Part shown: positions 20,579 through 30,207 of the stretch, in pieces
Layout: each line of letters starts with the position of its first letter
Numbering within the stretch: position 1 is the first letter of the stretch
Origin: Candidatus Latescibacterota bacterium
GTDB taxonomy: Bacteria; Latescibacterota; UBA2968
NCBI GenBank assembly: GCA_965207885.1
Contig: OZ242311.1
Coordinates: forward strand, 4,128,001 to 4,192,000
Direction: 5' to 3'
DNA length: 64,000 bases
Made by a program: the position numbers and the translations under genes
The notes under the pieces: generated by a model
What the model was told of the DNA's origin: nothing
The model's input: the letters and a program-made list of their open reading frames with translations, nothing else
Database searches by the model: none

Positions 20579-21604
20579 TCACGAAAGTTCGACATCCACT
20601 GGAGCTTTTCGCTCAATACTATCGCAAATCGCCTCGCATACCACCATCGCCTGACACGCATCTCGCAGGGTTGGTGAACCTGACTCCCCTTTTTGTACAG
20701 CCCGCGCAAAAGCCTGCATTTGCCCCCAGTATCCACTTCGTTTTTCCGCATTGTCCCGCACTGCGGGCGAATAAGATTGGGATGGAATACCGGGCGAGGG
20801 TTGGTATCCCCCTTCGGGCGAGTGGGGTTCAAAATCCAACGTGTGCAAATTCACCAAACGCAAATGCGCCCGCGCATCGCCCGCCGCTTCAATTTTGCAC
20901 GTCCAGTTCGGGGTACAACCCGTCAGCGTAATCATTCCGGTTGCACCGCTATCAAAATGCGCGGTACAGGCAATTGCAAATCGCCCGCCCTCACCAACCG
21001 ACAAATCCGCGTAAACCCGCTCGATTTCCCCACCCAAAAAACGCGCGAGATCTACCGCGTGTGTTGACTGAAAAATCATATACTGCCAGCCCGCGCGATA
21101 GTCTGAATCATCCGGCCACATCGGACCTGGCATAAAATACCGACTCTCCAAAAAAAGCAATTTCCCAAACTCGGGCGTCGCCATCAATTCCCGAAATTTC
21201 TGCACCCCGGGCGCGTGTCGCATGTTGTGACCAATCTGCGTAATAAGCCCTCGCCCCTCAGCCATATCGGCCAACTCGCGCGCATGGGCTGTTAAACGCG
21301 CCGAAGGCTTCTCCATCATCAACGGCAACCCCGCTGCCAGCACCTGCTTGCCGCACTCAAAGTGCATATCCGGTGGCCCCACAACCATCACGGCATCTAG
21401 ATCTTCCTTCTCTATCATATCAGACAAATTTGTGTACCATCTTCTCGCCCCAAAAAATCGCGCATTACGCTCTGCCAGTTCCACTTGCAAATCACAGCAG
21501 GCGTACAGATCCAATTCTGGTATGGTTGCAAAATTGGGATACCACGATGCACTCGCCTGTCTCCCACAGCCTACAAATCCAACGCGAACAGGTGCGTCAC
21601 TCAT
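20579..21604 (-). CDS. Gfo/Idh/MocA oxidoreductase
   Basis: VGCG, MEKP, GHNMR motifs. Confidence 0.85.
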   Translation of the reverse strand: MSDAPVRVGFVGCGRQASASWYPNFATIPELDLYACCDLQVELAERNARFFGARRWYTNLSDMIEKEDLDAVMVVGPPDMHFECGKQVLAAGLPLMMEKPSARLTAHARELADMAEGRGLITQIGHNMRHAPGVQKFRELMATPEFGKLLFLESRYFMPGPMWPDDSDYRAGWQYMIFQSTHAVDLARFLGGEIERVYADLSVGEGGRFAIACTAHFDSGATGMITLTGCTPNWTCKIEAAGDARAHLRLVNLHTLDFEPHSPEGGYQPSPGIPSQSYSPAVRDNAEKRSGYWGQMQAFARAVQKGESGSPTLRDACQAMVVCEAICDSIERKAPVDVELS

Positions 21605-22149
21605 TTTTCACCCCTCAGTTTATTGCGAAACGACTTGCGAAACTTTTGTACTTTGGGATTGATAACAAAGATGCAATACGGTTGATATGGATTTTCGACA
21701 AAATAATTCTGATGATACGCTTCCCCCTCATAAAATATTGGAAGTGGCGCAATCTCCGTCACAATCGGATCAGCCCATAAATCCGATGCCTCTGTCTCTG
21801 CCATTGACTGCTCGGCAATTTTCTTCTGCTCTTCATCGTGATAATAGATCACCGATCGATACTGCGTACCCACGTCATTCCCCTGACGATTCAATGTCGT
21901 TGGGTCATGAGTACGCCAAAAAATGAACAGAATCTCCTCAAACGAAATCACAGTCGGATCAAACGCAATCTGCACCACCTCTGCGTGTCCTGTGGTACCC
22001 GAACACACCTGCTGATACGTCGGGTTCTCTACTGCCCCTCCCGTGTACCCCGACACGACTTTATGCACGCCAATCACATCCTGATAAATCGCCTCCACGC
22101 ACCAAAAACACCCGCCCCCGAGCGTCGCGGTCTCCATTGTACTGGACAT
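21601..22149 (-). CDS. msrA: Peptide methionine (S)-sulfoxide reductase
   Basis: GGGCFWC, GHAEV, HDPT, QGNDVGTQYRS, YHQNY. Confidence 0.95.
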   Translation of the reverse strand: MSSTMETATLGGGCFWCVEAIYQDVIGVHKVVSGYTGGAVENPTYQQVCSGTTGHAEVVQIAFDPTVISFEEILFIFWRTHDPTTLNRQGNDVGTQYRSVIYYHDEEQKKIAEQSMAETEASDLWADPIVTEIAPLPIFYEGEAYHQNYFVENPYQPYCIFVINPKVQKFRKSFRNKLRGEK

Positions 22150-22346
22150 ATTAATACTCCTTATATGGCTATTTACACGCTACACTTTTCACTCATCATA
22201 TTCCCCCCCACACCTTTTGTCAAGGCGAAATCAGAATCCCACCGCACAGCGGATGGCGATTTTCTATTTGACACACGCGCGCGATCCTGTCAAATTAAAC
22301 CCTTGTTTTAGACCGCTACTTTTCCCCAACCTTAAAGGAGATTTAC

Positions 22347-23171
22347 ATGCCCCAACGGGAATTCAACCTCAAATACGCTCCGCACTACGGCCATTTCTCA
22401 AACAGCGCGGGCGATGACTATCTCGACCAACTCAAATACGCCGCAGATCAGGGCTTTACAGCCTGGGAAGACAATGGCATGCCCAAACGCGACATAGGAA
22501 TGCAAGAAAAAATCGCCGCAGAAATGACCCGATTAAACCTCGAAATGGGTGTTTTTGTCGCCACGGGATCTTTTTCAGATGTCACATTTGCCGGCGACGA
22601 TGAAGATGCAAAACAGGCTGTGCTAAAAGATATTAAATCCGCCATAGAAGTTGCCAAGCGCGTAAATGCAAAATGGTGTACAGTCGTACCCGGCCTTTAC
22701 GACTTAAAACTCGCGTGGGATTATCAAACAGCCAATGTGATCGAACTGCTCAAACGATGCTGCGACATTCTCGAAGAATCGGGTCTGGTAATGGTATTGG
22801 AACCGCTCAATCGCCTGACGAACCACCCCCGCGTTTATCTGGCTGGCTCGCCACAGGCATATCTGGTCTGCCAGGCCGTCAACCACCCGTGTTGCAAAAT
22901 CCTCTTTGACATCTACCATCAGCAAATCACCGAAGGCAATCTCATTCCCAACATCGACCGCTGCTGGCCTGAAATCGGTATTTTTCAAGTGGGCGACAAC
23001 CCCGGTCGCAAAGAGCCCACCACTGGTGAAATCAACTACAAAAGTATCTTCAAGCATCTACACGAAAAAGGCTGCACGAGCATCGTCGGCATGGAACACG
23101 GCATCAGCCTGCCCGGCAAAGAAGGCGAAGACCGTCTGATCCAGGCTTATGTCGAATCGGATGATTTTTAG
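22347..23171 (+). CDS. Hydroxypyruvate-isomerase-like TIM-barrel sugar isomerase
   Basis: LEPLN, LFDIYHQQITEGN, DNPGRKEP.TGEINY. Confidence 0.85.
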   Translation: MPQREFNLKYAPHYGHFSNSAGDDYLDQLKYAADQGFTAWEDNGMPKRDIGMQEKIAAEMTRLNLEMGVFVATGSFSDVTFAGDDEDAKQAVLKDIKSAIEVAKRVNAKWCTVVPGLYDLKLAWDYQTANVIELLKRCCDILEESGLVMVLEPLNRLTNHPRVYLAGSPQAYLVCQAVNHPCCKILFDIYHQQITEGNLIPNIDRCWPEIGIFQVGDNPGRKEPTTGEINYKSIFKHLHEKGCTSIVGMEHGISLPGKEGEDRLIQAYVESDDF

Positions 23172-23187
23172 GTAAGGAGTCTATCTC

Positions 23188-24186
23188 ATGAAAGCAATCC
23201 TCGTCGGCCTCGGTGGTCGTGCGCGTCACTGGCAGGCCGCGTGTGAAGCACATCCCGAAGTCGAATTGGTCGCCTATGTCGAACCCTCAGCAGAAAACAA
23301 AAAACGCGCGATAGAAGAACGCGGCGTACCCGCGAATCTCATCTACGACGACCTCAGCGATGCCGCCTCAGTAGAAGCCGACTTTGTCGTTGATGTCACC
23401 CCACCCGCTGTTCACGAAATCATCGCAATGAAAGCCTTTGATGCGGGCCTCAATCTATTGGGCGAAAAACCCCTGAGCGATAACTTCGAAGCCGCTAAGC
23501 ACATCGTTGAGGCGGGCAAAAAAGCGGGTGTCAAACACATGATCACACAGAACTATCGCTTTAATGAACTGCCCCGAACCACAAGGCGCTTGCTCGAAGC
23601 CAGACATATTGGCGACGTGGCGCAACTCGACGTATCGCTCTATGTCGATTGGGCAGACAATCCGGGCAGCCACTATGTGACGGAACCCTATATGTTCCTC
23701 ACCGACATGGGCATCCACCACTTTGACATGATGCGCTATACCCTCAATGCCGACCCCATCAGCGCACACGCCATCACCTGGAATTTGCCCTGGGGCTGGC
23801 ATCAGGGCGACGCCTGTCAGATTATCGTCTTCAAATTTGAAAACGGCATTGTCGCCACACATCGCGGTATTGGCTGCACAATGGGACATGTGCCTGCAGG
23901 ACACAACGGCGAATGGCGCTACGAAGGGCCAAAAGGCACGCTCACGTGGGAGGGCTTTGACCTCTTTTACACACTCAAGCACAAACAGAATCCACAAATC
24001 CGCGAGCAAATCGAACTCGACGAAAGCGACGGACCAAATCCCGTGCTCAACGAATTTGTTCGCGCCCTTCAAGAGGACCGCCAACCCGAATGCAATGCCG
24101 AAGACAATCTAAAATCCATGTCCATGGTCTTCGGAGCCGTCACGAGTGCAAAGGAAGGACGAGAAGTACAGCTATCAGAGCTATAA
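23188..24186 (+). CDS. Gfo/Idh/MocA oxidoreductase
   Basis: VGLG, EKPL, QNYR, DMGIHHFD. Confidence 0.85.
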   Translation: MKAILVGLGGRARHWQAACEAHPEVELVAYVEPSAENKKRAIEERGVPANLIYDDLSDAASVEADFVVDVTPPAVHEIIAMKAFDAGLNLLGEKPLSDNFEAAKHIVEAGKKAGVKHMITQNYRFNELPRTTRRLLEARHIGDVAQLDVSLYVDWADNPGSHYVTEPYMFLTDMGIHHFDMMRYTLNADPISAHAITWNLPWGWHQGDACQIIVFKFENGIVATHRGIGCTMGHVPAGHNGEWRYEGPKGTLTWEGFDLFYTLKHKQNPQIREQIELDESDGPNPVLNEFVRALQEDRQPECNAEDNLKSMSMVFGAVTSAKEGREVQLSEL

Positions 24187-24198
24187 AAAGGAGAACAC

Positions 24199-25506
24199 AT
24201 GGTAGATCTACAGGGTGACACAAGCTGGTTTACACACGACCGTTTTGGACTGTTCATCCACTGGGGATTGTACGCATTGCCCGCGCGACACGAGTGGGTG
24301 AAGCAGCGAGAAGAAATACCCGACGCGCAATACGGTCGTTACTTAAAATACTTTGATCCGGATTTGTACGATCCCGAAGCGTGGGCAGATGCAGCGGCCA
24401 ATGCGGGCATGAAATATTTTTGTGTCACCACCAAACACCACGAAGGCTTTGCGCTGTGGGACTCCAAACTGACGGAATACAAAGCGACCAACACCCCCGC
24501 GCGCAGGGACTTGTTAAAACCCATGGTAGAAGCATTTCGGTCACGCGGAATGAAGGTCGGCTTTTATCACTCCCTGATCGACTGGCACCATCCGCATTTC
24601 AGAATTGACGCTGTTCACAGCATGCGGAATCATCCCGATAAGGACAAGCTGAACGAACCCCGCGATCAGGCCCAATACGCGGCGTATCTGCGCGGTCAGG
24701 TCCGCGAATTGCTCACCGAATACGGTAAAGTGGATATGCTCTTTTACGATTTTAGTTATCCAGCCGGCGCAAGGGGCAGGCCCGAGGGTTTTGACGGCAA
24801 GGGACGAGATGATTGGAACAGCATCGAACTGATGAAAATGACGCGCGAGTTGCAGCCGGGTATTGTGATTAACGACCGGCTGGACTTGGACGATGTGGAA
24901 GGCGGATGGGATTATCGCACACCCGAACAATTTATGCCGCGCGAGTGGGTCACCTATCAGGGCGAACGCGTATTGTGGGAGACCTGTCAAACATTTTCGG
25001 GGTCGTGGGGCTATCACCGCGATGAAACAAGTTGGAAAAGCATCGAGCAACTGGTGCAAATGCTGGTCGGCGTGGTAAGCCGCGGGGGCAATTTATTGCT
25101 CAATGTTGGACCGACCGGACGCGGGGTATTTGACGATCGAGCATTGGATTGCCTAAACGGAATGGGCGAATGGATGAAATGGCACAGCCGATCCATTTAT
25201 GGCTGTACTGCCGCGCCAGAGGAATTTCAGACGCCGGAGGATTGCCGCTTGACCTACAATCCCGACACCAATCGGCTGTACGTACACCTGTTCACCTACC
25301 CGTTTCGCCATCTGCATCTCGACGGATTTGCTGGCAAGGTAGAATACGCCCAGTTATTAAACGATGCTTCAGAAGTGCGATTTCACCAGCCCCGCGCTGG
25401 ACACACGGGAGACAGCAGTATCGAAAGAGAAACCCTGACACTGGAATTGCCCGTGCAAAAACCCAATGTGACAGTACCCGTAGTCGAGTTGTTTTTGAAG
25501 GAGTGA
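24199..25506 (+). CDS. Alpha-L-fucosidase (GH29), no signal peptide
   Basis: RFGLFIHWG, TTKHHEGF, WETCQT, SWGY, LLLNVGP. Confidence 0.9.
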   Translation: MVDLQGDTSWFTHDRFGLFIHWGLYALPARHEWVKQREEIPDAQYGRYLKYFDPDLYDPEAWADAAANAGMKYFCVTTKHHEGFALWDSKLTEYKATNTPARRDLLKPMVEAFRSRGMKVGFYHSLIDWHHPHFRIDAVHSMRNHPDKDKLNEPRDQAQYAAYLRGQVRELLTEYGKVDMLFYDFSYPAGARGRPEGFDGKGRDDWNSIELMKMTRELQPGIVINDRLDLDDVEGGWDYRTPEQFMPREWVTYQGERVLWETCQTFSGSWGYHRDETSWKSIEQLVQMLVGVVSRGGNLLLNVGPTGRGVFDDRALDCLNGMGEWMKWHSRSIYGCTAAPEEFQTPEDCRLTYNPDTNRLYVHLFTYPFRHLHLDGFAGKVEYAQLLNDASEVRFHQPRAGHTGDSSIERETLTLELPVQKPNVTVPVVELFLKE

Positions 25507-25510
25507 AAAA

Positions 25511-26218
25511 ATGACAATGACAGAAACGGACTTGCGAAAACTCAATGCCGACGAGTTGGAAATCTATCGCGAACAGGGCTATGTGATCGTGCCAGATATA
25601 TTTCCGCTGGAGGAACTCGCGGAAATCGACCGCGAGATCGATCGACTTCAGGAAACACAAAAAAAAACGGGGCGCAACAAGGGATGGATCATGCAGTTGG
25701 GATTGCGATCAGAAGTGACCCGCCAATTTGCCCAGGATGAGCGGGTATTGACACTGATCGAAGACATTGTAAAACCCGGCATTTCGATTTATTCGGCCAA
25801 ATTGACGGCAAAAGTGCCGCATTCCAACGACATCTGCCACTGGCACCAGGACGACGCGTATTACAATACACGCGCCCTGAGCAAAACGCGCATGTCCACC
25901 TGGATACCACTACAGGATGCAGATGAGACAAATGGGTGTTTGTGGGTCGTGCCACAAAGCCACAAGGGCGGCGTGGTCACGCATGGACCATTTGGCGGAC
26001 AATGCCCAAAATGTATGGGACCCGCCGATCTCATGTTCGACGATGCGATCCCCTGTCCTGTAAAAGCCGGGGATATCCTTTTATTTCACGCCTGTATGTG
26101 GCATCATTCCAAAGGCAACCAGACAGACCATATACGGCGGGCGTTTATTGTCTCGTATCAAGAGGCCACTGTGCTGCGTGGTAATGGCGATCAGTATAAA
26201 ATTCTGAGATCCGCATGA
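25511..26218 (+). CDS. PhyH family Fe/2OG dioxygenase
   Basis: WHQD, NGCL, HHS.GN...RRA. Confidence 0.88.
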   Translation: MTMTETDLRKLNADELEIYREQGYVIVPDIFPLEELAEIDREIDRLQETQKKTGRNKGWIMQLGLRSEVTRQFAQDERVLTLIEDIVKPGISIYSAKLTAKVPHSNDICHWHQDDAYYNTRALSKTRMSTWIPLQDADETNGCLWVVPQSHKGGVVTHGPFGGQCPKCMGPADLMFDDAIPCPVKAGDILLFHACMWHHSKGNQTDHIRRAFIVSYQEATVLRGNGDQYKILRSA

Positions 26219-26274
26219 GGAGATGGTAGAACAGGAGTTTGGGATCTGTTATTCCCGCTCGACTTTCACCTTGT

Positions 26275-29200
26275 ATGAAATATAAAATCCCAAAACTAAA
26301 AATTTTCTCGCTTCTCCCCCCCATCCGCGTCTTACCCTTCCTTTTCTTGTGCGCTACCCTATTGCACGCACCCACATGGGCGCAATCTCAGGCAACCACC
26401 GGCGTTATCCGCGGCTTTGTCTGGGATCAGTTCGGCAACCCCATTGGCAATGCCACCATCGCCCTCAAAGAAACCAGCACCAATTACCGGCGCACCCTCA
26501 CATCATCCGATCTCGGGATATTCACCGCAACCTTGTTACCCCTGGGTTTTTACGACATCACAGTACAGGCGGAAGGACAGGCAGAAGTGCGTCAAACAGG
26601 GGTGCAAGTGCGGGTTGGCGAGACAGTGGAACTCGTCTTCAAAATGGCATTGCAAATGGACGAAGTCCTCATCGAAGCAAAGAGACCCGCCGTTGACATC
26701 ACCCAGAGCGAAACAGCCACGCGCCTGCCCGAAGCAGCCGTGCAGGACCTGCCCAACAACGGGCGCAACTTCCTCAACCTCACGCTGTTGACTCCAGGAG
26801 TGAGCATTGTGCAAGGCCCTGACGGCGATGAATTGACCATTGCCGGACAACGCGGCATACACAACAACATCTCGGTAGATGGCGCGGATTTCAACAACCC
26901 CTTCTTCGGCGAACAGCGCGGTGGACAGCGCCCCGCCTTTACCTTTAATTTAAACGCAGTAGCGGAAATGGTAGTCATATCCCAGGGAGCCAATGCCGAA
27001 TTCGGACGCTCCAGCGGGGGCTTTGTCAATGTCATCACCAAATCGGGCACCAACCAATTCCACGGATCCGTGCATTTTTTTGGCAAACACGACGCCCTGT
27101 CCAGCACAGTTAGGCACAACGGGACGGAACGCACGCCCAATTTCAAACAGGGGCAATTCGGCTTCACCCTGGGTGGCCCTCTAAAAAAGGACAGAGCATT
27201 TTTCTTTGCCGCGTATGACCAGCAAATTTTCAGAGATACCAAACAGAACAATATCGAGCGCGGAGATGCCAGCCTGCGCCACTTCATGGCCTCCGAATTC
27301 AACCTATCCGACGACTACGGCGCCATTGACCGCACCAACGATGCCCGCGCTTTTCTCCTCAAAGTCGATTACCACCTGTCGGAGGAACACTCCGCCACCT
27401 TCAAATACAATTACACCTGGTCCGAACAGGAAAACGGCACCTTTGATGTTGACTCCTGGGCGCGCAGCGCCAATGCGATAGAAAGGGACTGGTCACACGC
27501 CTTTAACGGCAGTTTGATTTCGCTTCTATCCACCAGCACGATCAACGAATTCCGCTTCCAAATCGCCCGCGAAGACCGTCCCCGTCCCTACGGTGGACCT
27601 CACAATCCCAATACCGGGCGGCCCTTTCCCGATACGGGCATGGACTTTGTACACGGCTATCGCTTTGGCATGCCCTTCTTCATCCCCATCGAATACTACG
27701 ACTCTCGCATCCAGTTGCTCAACAATATCTCCATAAGCAAGGACAATCACCTGATCAAAGCCGGGATCGAATGGAACCGCGTCGAATCCGTACAAACCTT
27801 TATCGGTTTTGCCAATGGACGCTACATCTTCAATTCCGTAGATGGCTTTCTCAACTTCGTCCAGCAGAGCAATACCTATGTCGAATGCTCAGACGGCAGC
27901 ACCAGTTCCACCGGGACCTGTCCCGATGGAACGGAAATCACCGGGCCTGTCCTCATCTACTTGCAGCAGTCCGGCGTCGGCGGCCTGAGCGTGGAAGAAG
28001 CGGGCACACAGAAGATCCCCCAGCACGAACTGGCTCTGTTTGTGCAGGACAGTTGGCAACCCTCGAACAAGCTTACACTCAATTACGGCTTGCGCTGGGA
28101 AGCGCAGATCCAGCCCGATGTAATCACCGATCCAGACGAGGTCTTTTTTGCCGATTTCATTGGCAAAACTGTCACTAACGAAACGGGCACATATACATTC
28201 CCATCCAACGGCAAAATTCCCTCTGACTGGGACATGTTCCAGCCGCGGTTGGGCATAGCTTACGATGTACACGGCGACAATAAGACCCTGTTGCGGGGCA
28301 GCGCGGGGATCTATTACGCCCGCATCCCCGGCTTGAACTTAGCCGGCACCCGCTCAACCAATGGCTCGCGCGGGCAATCCATCTTCCGCTCCAGCGCCCT
28401 GACGCCCGTATTGGGTCCGCCTCCACCCTACGGCGAGTTATTGCCCCCACCCCCAGGCGATCCCTTTCGCCCCAATATCTTTGTCTTCGACAAAAATTTT
28501 AAAAATCCCCGCACCATCAGCACACATGTCGGCCTCGAACGCGAATTGCATGCAAAGGGGGTAGTCGGTACCTTCGGCTATACATACTCCCACACCGACA
28601 ATCTCACGCGCTTTGTCAACCGCAACGACGCGGTCTTCGGTTCTCCCTGGTCAACGGGTTTGGGTCCCAATGGCAGCAACGGCCTCGGCGACTTAACCGT
28701 CGTCGAAAGCACGGCCAAATCGCGCTACCACGGCCTCAGCTTTGGGCTGCGCCAGATGGTGCAAGACAAATTCCAATTCCAGATGAACTATACCCTGTCC
28801 TGGGACAAATCCGACGACGACAACGAGCGCGATCCCTTCACCTTCCGCTACGTCGATGCAACGCAATTAGACCGAGAATGGGGCTATTCAGACCGCGACC
28901 AGCGCCACCGCTTCAATCTGTGGACTCTATCCAGATTGCCCGGCGATATATTCATCAACAATCGCATAAGCTACTATTCGGCACAACCCACCTCCGCATC
29001 CTGCACGGGCAAGCCCACGACCAATCCCTGGGGTGCTATCTCTGATCGTATATGCGCCGACGGCAGCATTATTCAACGCAACACCCTTCGTAAAGACAAT
29101 GCGTTTTTCTCCTGGGACACGCGCCTGTCCCACCCCATCCCATTGGGCAACAGCCATCTGGAAGCCATCGTCGAAGTCTTCAACCTGCTCAACACAGACA

Positions 29201-29310
29201 ACTTCCGCGATCCCTCCTCCGCAGGCCTGCTCTTCAACTTTGACGGTACCGTACAATCGGGCCTCGGCGACCCACGCGAAGTGCAAATCGGCATGCGCTA
29301 TGTTTTTTGA
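26275..29310 (+). CDS. TonB-dependent receptor (Oar-like, with carboxypeptidase-regulatory N-domain)
   Basis: LPNNGRNF, AEFGRSSGG.VN.ITKSGTN, FVQDSW, LNYGLRWE, C-terminal PREVQIGMRYVF. Confidence 0.9.
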   Translation: MKYKIPKLKIFSLLPPIRVLPFLFLCATLLHAPTWAQSQATTGVIRGFVWDQFGNPIGNATIALKETSTNYRRTLTSSDLGIFTATLLPLGFYDITVQAEGQAEVRQTGVQVRVGETVELVFKMALQMDEVLIEAKRPAVDITQSETATRLPEAAVQDLPNNGRNFLNLTLLTPGVSIVQGPDGDELTIAGQRGIHNNISVDGADFNNPFFGEQRGGQRPAFTFNLNAVAEMVVISQGANAEFGRSSGGFVNVITKSGTNQFHGSVHFFGKHDALSSTVRHNGTERTPNFKQGQFGFTLGGPLKKDRAFFFAAYDQQIFRDTKQNNIERGDASLRHFMASEFNLSDDYGAIDRTNDARAFLLKVDYHLSEEHSATFKYNYTWSEQENGTFDVDSWARSANAIERDWSHAFNGSLISLLSTSTINEFRFQIAREDRPRPYGGPHNPNTGRPFPDTGMDFVHGYRFGMPFFIPIEYYDSRIQLLNNISISKDNHLIKAGIEWNRVESVQTFIGFANGRYIFNSVDGFLNFVQQSNTYVECSDGSTSSTGTCPDGTEITGPVLIYLQQSGVGGLSVEEAGTQKIPQHELALFVQDSWQPSNKLTLNYGLRWEAQIQPDVITDPDEVFFADFIGKTVTNETGTYTFPSNGKIPSDWDMFQPRLGIAYDVHGDNKTLLRGSAGIYYARIPGLNLAGTRSTNGSRGQSIFRSSALTPVLGPPPPYGELLPPPPGDPFRPNIFVFDKNFKNPRTISTHVGLERELHAKGVVGTFGYTYSHTDNLTRFVNRNDAVFGSPWSTGLGPNGSNGLGDLTVVESTAKSRYHGLSFGLRQMVQDKFQFQMNYTLSWDKSDDDNERDPFTFRYVDATQLDREWGYSDRDQRHRFNLWTLSRLPGDIFINNRISYYSAQPTSASCTGKPTTNPWGAISDRICADGSIIQRNTLRKDNAFFSWDTRLSHPIPLGNSHLEAIVEVFNLLNTDNFRDPSSAGLLFNFDGTVQSGLGDPREVQIGMRYVF

Positions 29311-29329
29311 CTATATTATATCAAATACC

Positions 29330-29357
29330 TTGACAGAATCTAAAACTCGGCTACTTT
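29330..29357 (+). promoter_or_regulatory. Sigma70-like promoter upstream of the defence island
   Basis: TTGACA-N16-TACTTT; similar sequence at 38677-38705. Confidence 0.5.
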
Positions 29358-29430
29358 GCAGTTTATATGGCGGCTGTAGAAAGCCGGGATGGGATAGACC
29401 TTTTGCCACGATGCAACAGGGGGACTATTT

Positions 29431-29697
29431 ATGGATACGCACGACAATAATTTGACTGATATCCGGACGATCAAGGCATCGGAGTTCAAGGCCAAATGCC
29501 TCGAGCTAATGGACGAGGCGGCCGACAGTGGCATTGAAATTGTCATTACCAAGAATGGCCGACCTGTATCGCGTCTCGTTCCCTATCGCGAGAAGAAACC
29601 GAACATGTTTGGCAGGGACCGGGACAAAATTCGCATTATTGGCGACATTATTGAACCGATCGGCGTAACGTGGGATGCAGAGAAGGGTAAGACGTAG
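29431..29697 (+). CDS. Phd/YefM family antitoxin (no cognate toxin downstream)
   Basis: IKASEFKAKCLELMDE...IVITKNGRPVSRLVP. Confidence 0.85.
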   Translation: MDTHDNNLTDIRTIKASEFKAKCLELMDEAADSGIEIVITKNGRPVSRLVPYREKKPNMFGRDRDKIRIIGDIIEPIGVTWDAEKGKT

Positions 29698-29762
29698 AAG
29701 CAGGAGAGGCCCCCGCTTTTATAGCCCACGCATTGAGGGTAATCGCTCGAGCAAAAAAAAGG
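29696..29762 (+). repeat. ~67-bp imperfect direct repeat of 33151-33217 (addiction-module antidote gene fragment)
   Basis: Translates EAGEAPAFIAHALRVIARAKKR versus EAGDDPAFMAHALDVIARAKKR. Confidence 0.75.
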
Positions 29763-29770
29763 AGGCGGTT

Positions 29771-29980
29771 ATGATTAGAAGTTTCACATTGGATTTTTGG
29801 ATAGACGATGGTTGGTATGTTGGGAAACTACGTGAGGTTCCTGGTGTATTCAGCCAAGGTGCAAACCTGGAAGAATTAAAAATAAACATCAAAGACGCTT
29901 ATGATCTGATGATGGCAGAAACAATGCAGACTCCTGTAGAAAAGTCCGACTCAGTAGAACTGAAAATGGAAATACCTTGA
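29771..29980 (+). CDS. hicB: HicB family antitoxin
   Basis: DDGWYVG...VPGVFSQG..LEEL..NIKDA; GGAGG RBS; overlaps the hicA start. Confidence 0.85.
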   Translation: MIRSFTLDFWIDDGWYVGKLREVPGVFSQGANLEELKINIKDAYDLMMAETMQTPVEKSDSVELKMEIP

Positions 29981-30159
29981 AGCGAAGAGACCTTGTAAAA
30001 GAATTGACTGATGAAGGATGTTACTTGAAAAGGCATGGTGGAAGGCATGACATTTATGCTAATCCCCAGAACAATATGCAAGCACCAATACCAAGGCATC
30101 GAGAAATTAGGGAAAGTTTATGTAAACTGATTAAAAAACAACTGGGTATAGATTCCTAA
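29977..30159 (+). CDS. hicA: HicA family mRNA-interferase toxin
   Basis: MKRRDL...GC...RHGGRHDIY.NP...IPRHREI. Confidence 0.88.
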   Translation: MKRRDLVKELTDEGCYLKRHGGRHDIYANPQNNMQAPIPRHREIRESLCKLIKKQLGIDS

Positions 30160-30207
30160 CAATATACCATAAATGTCGCTATCCAATTTTTTTTATATGA
30201 GAAGGAA

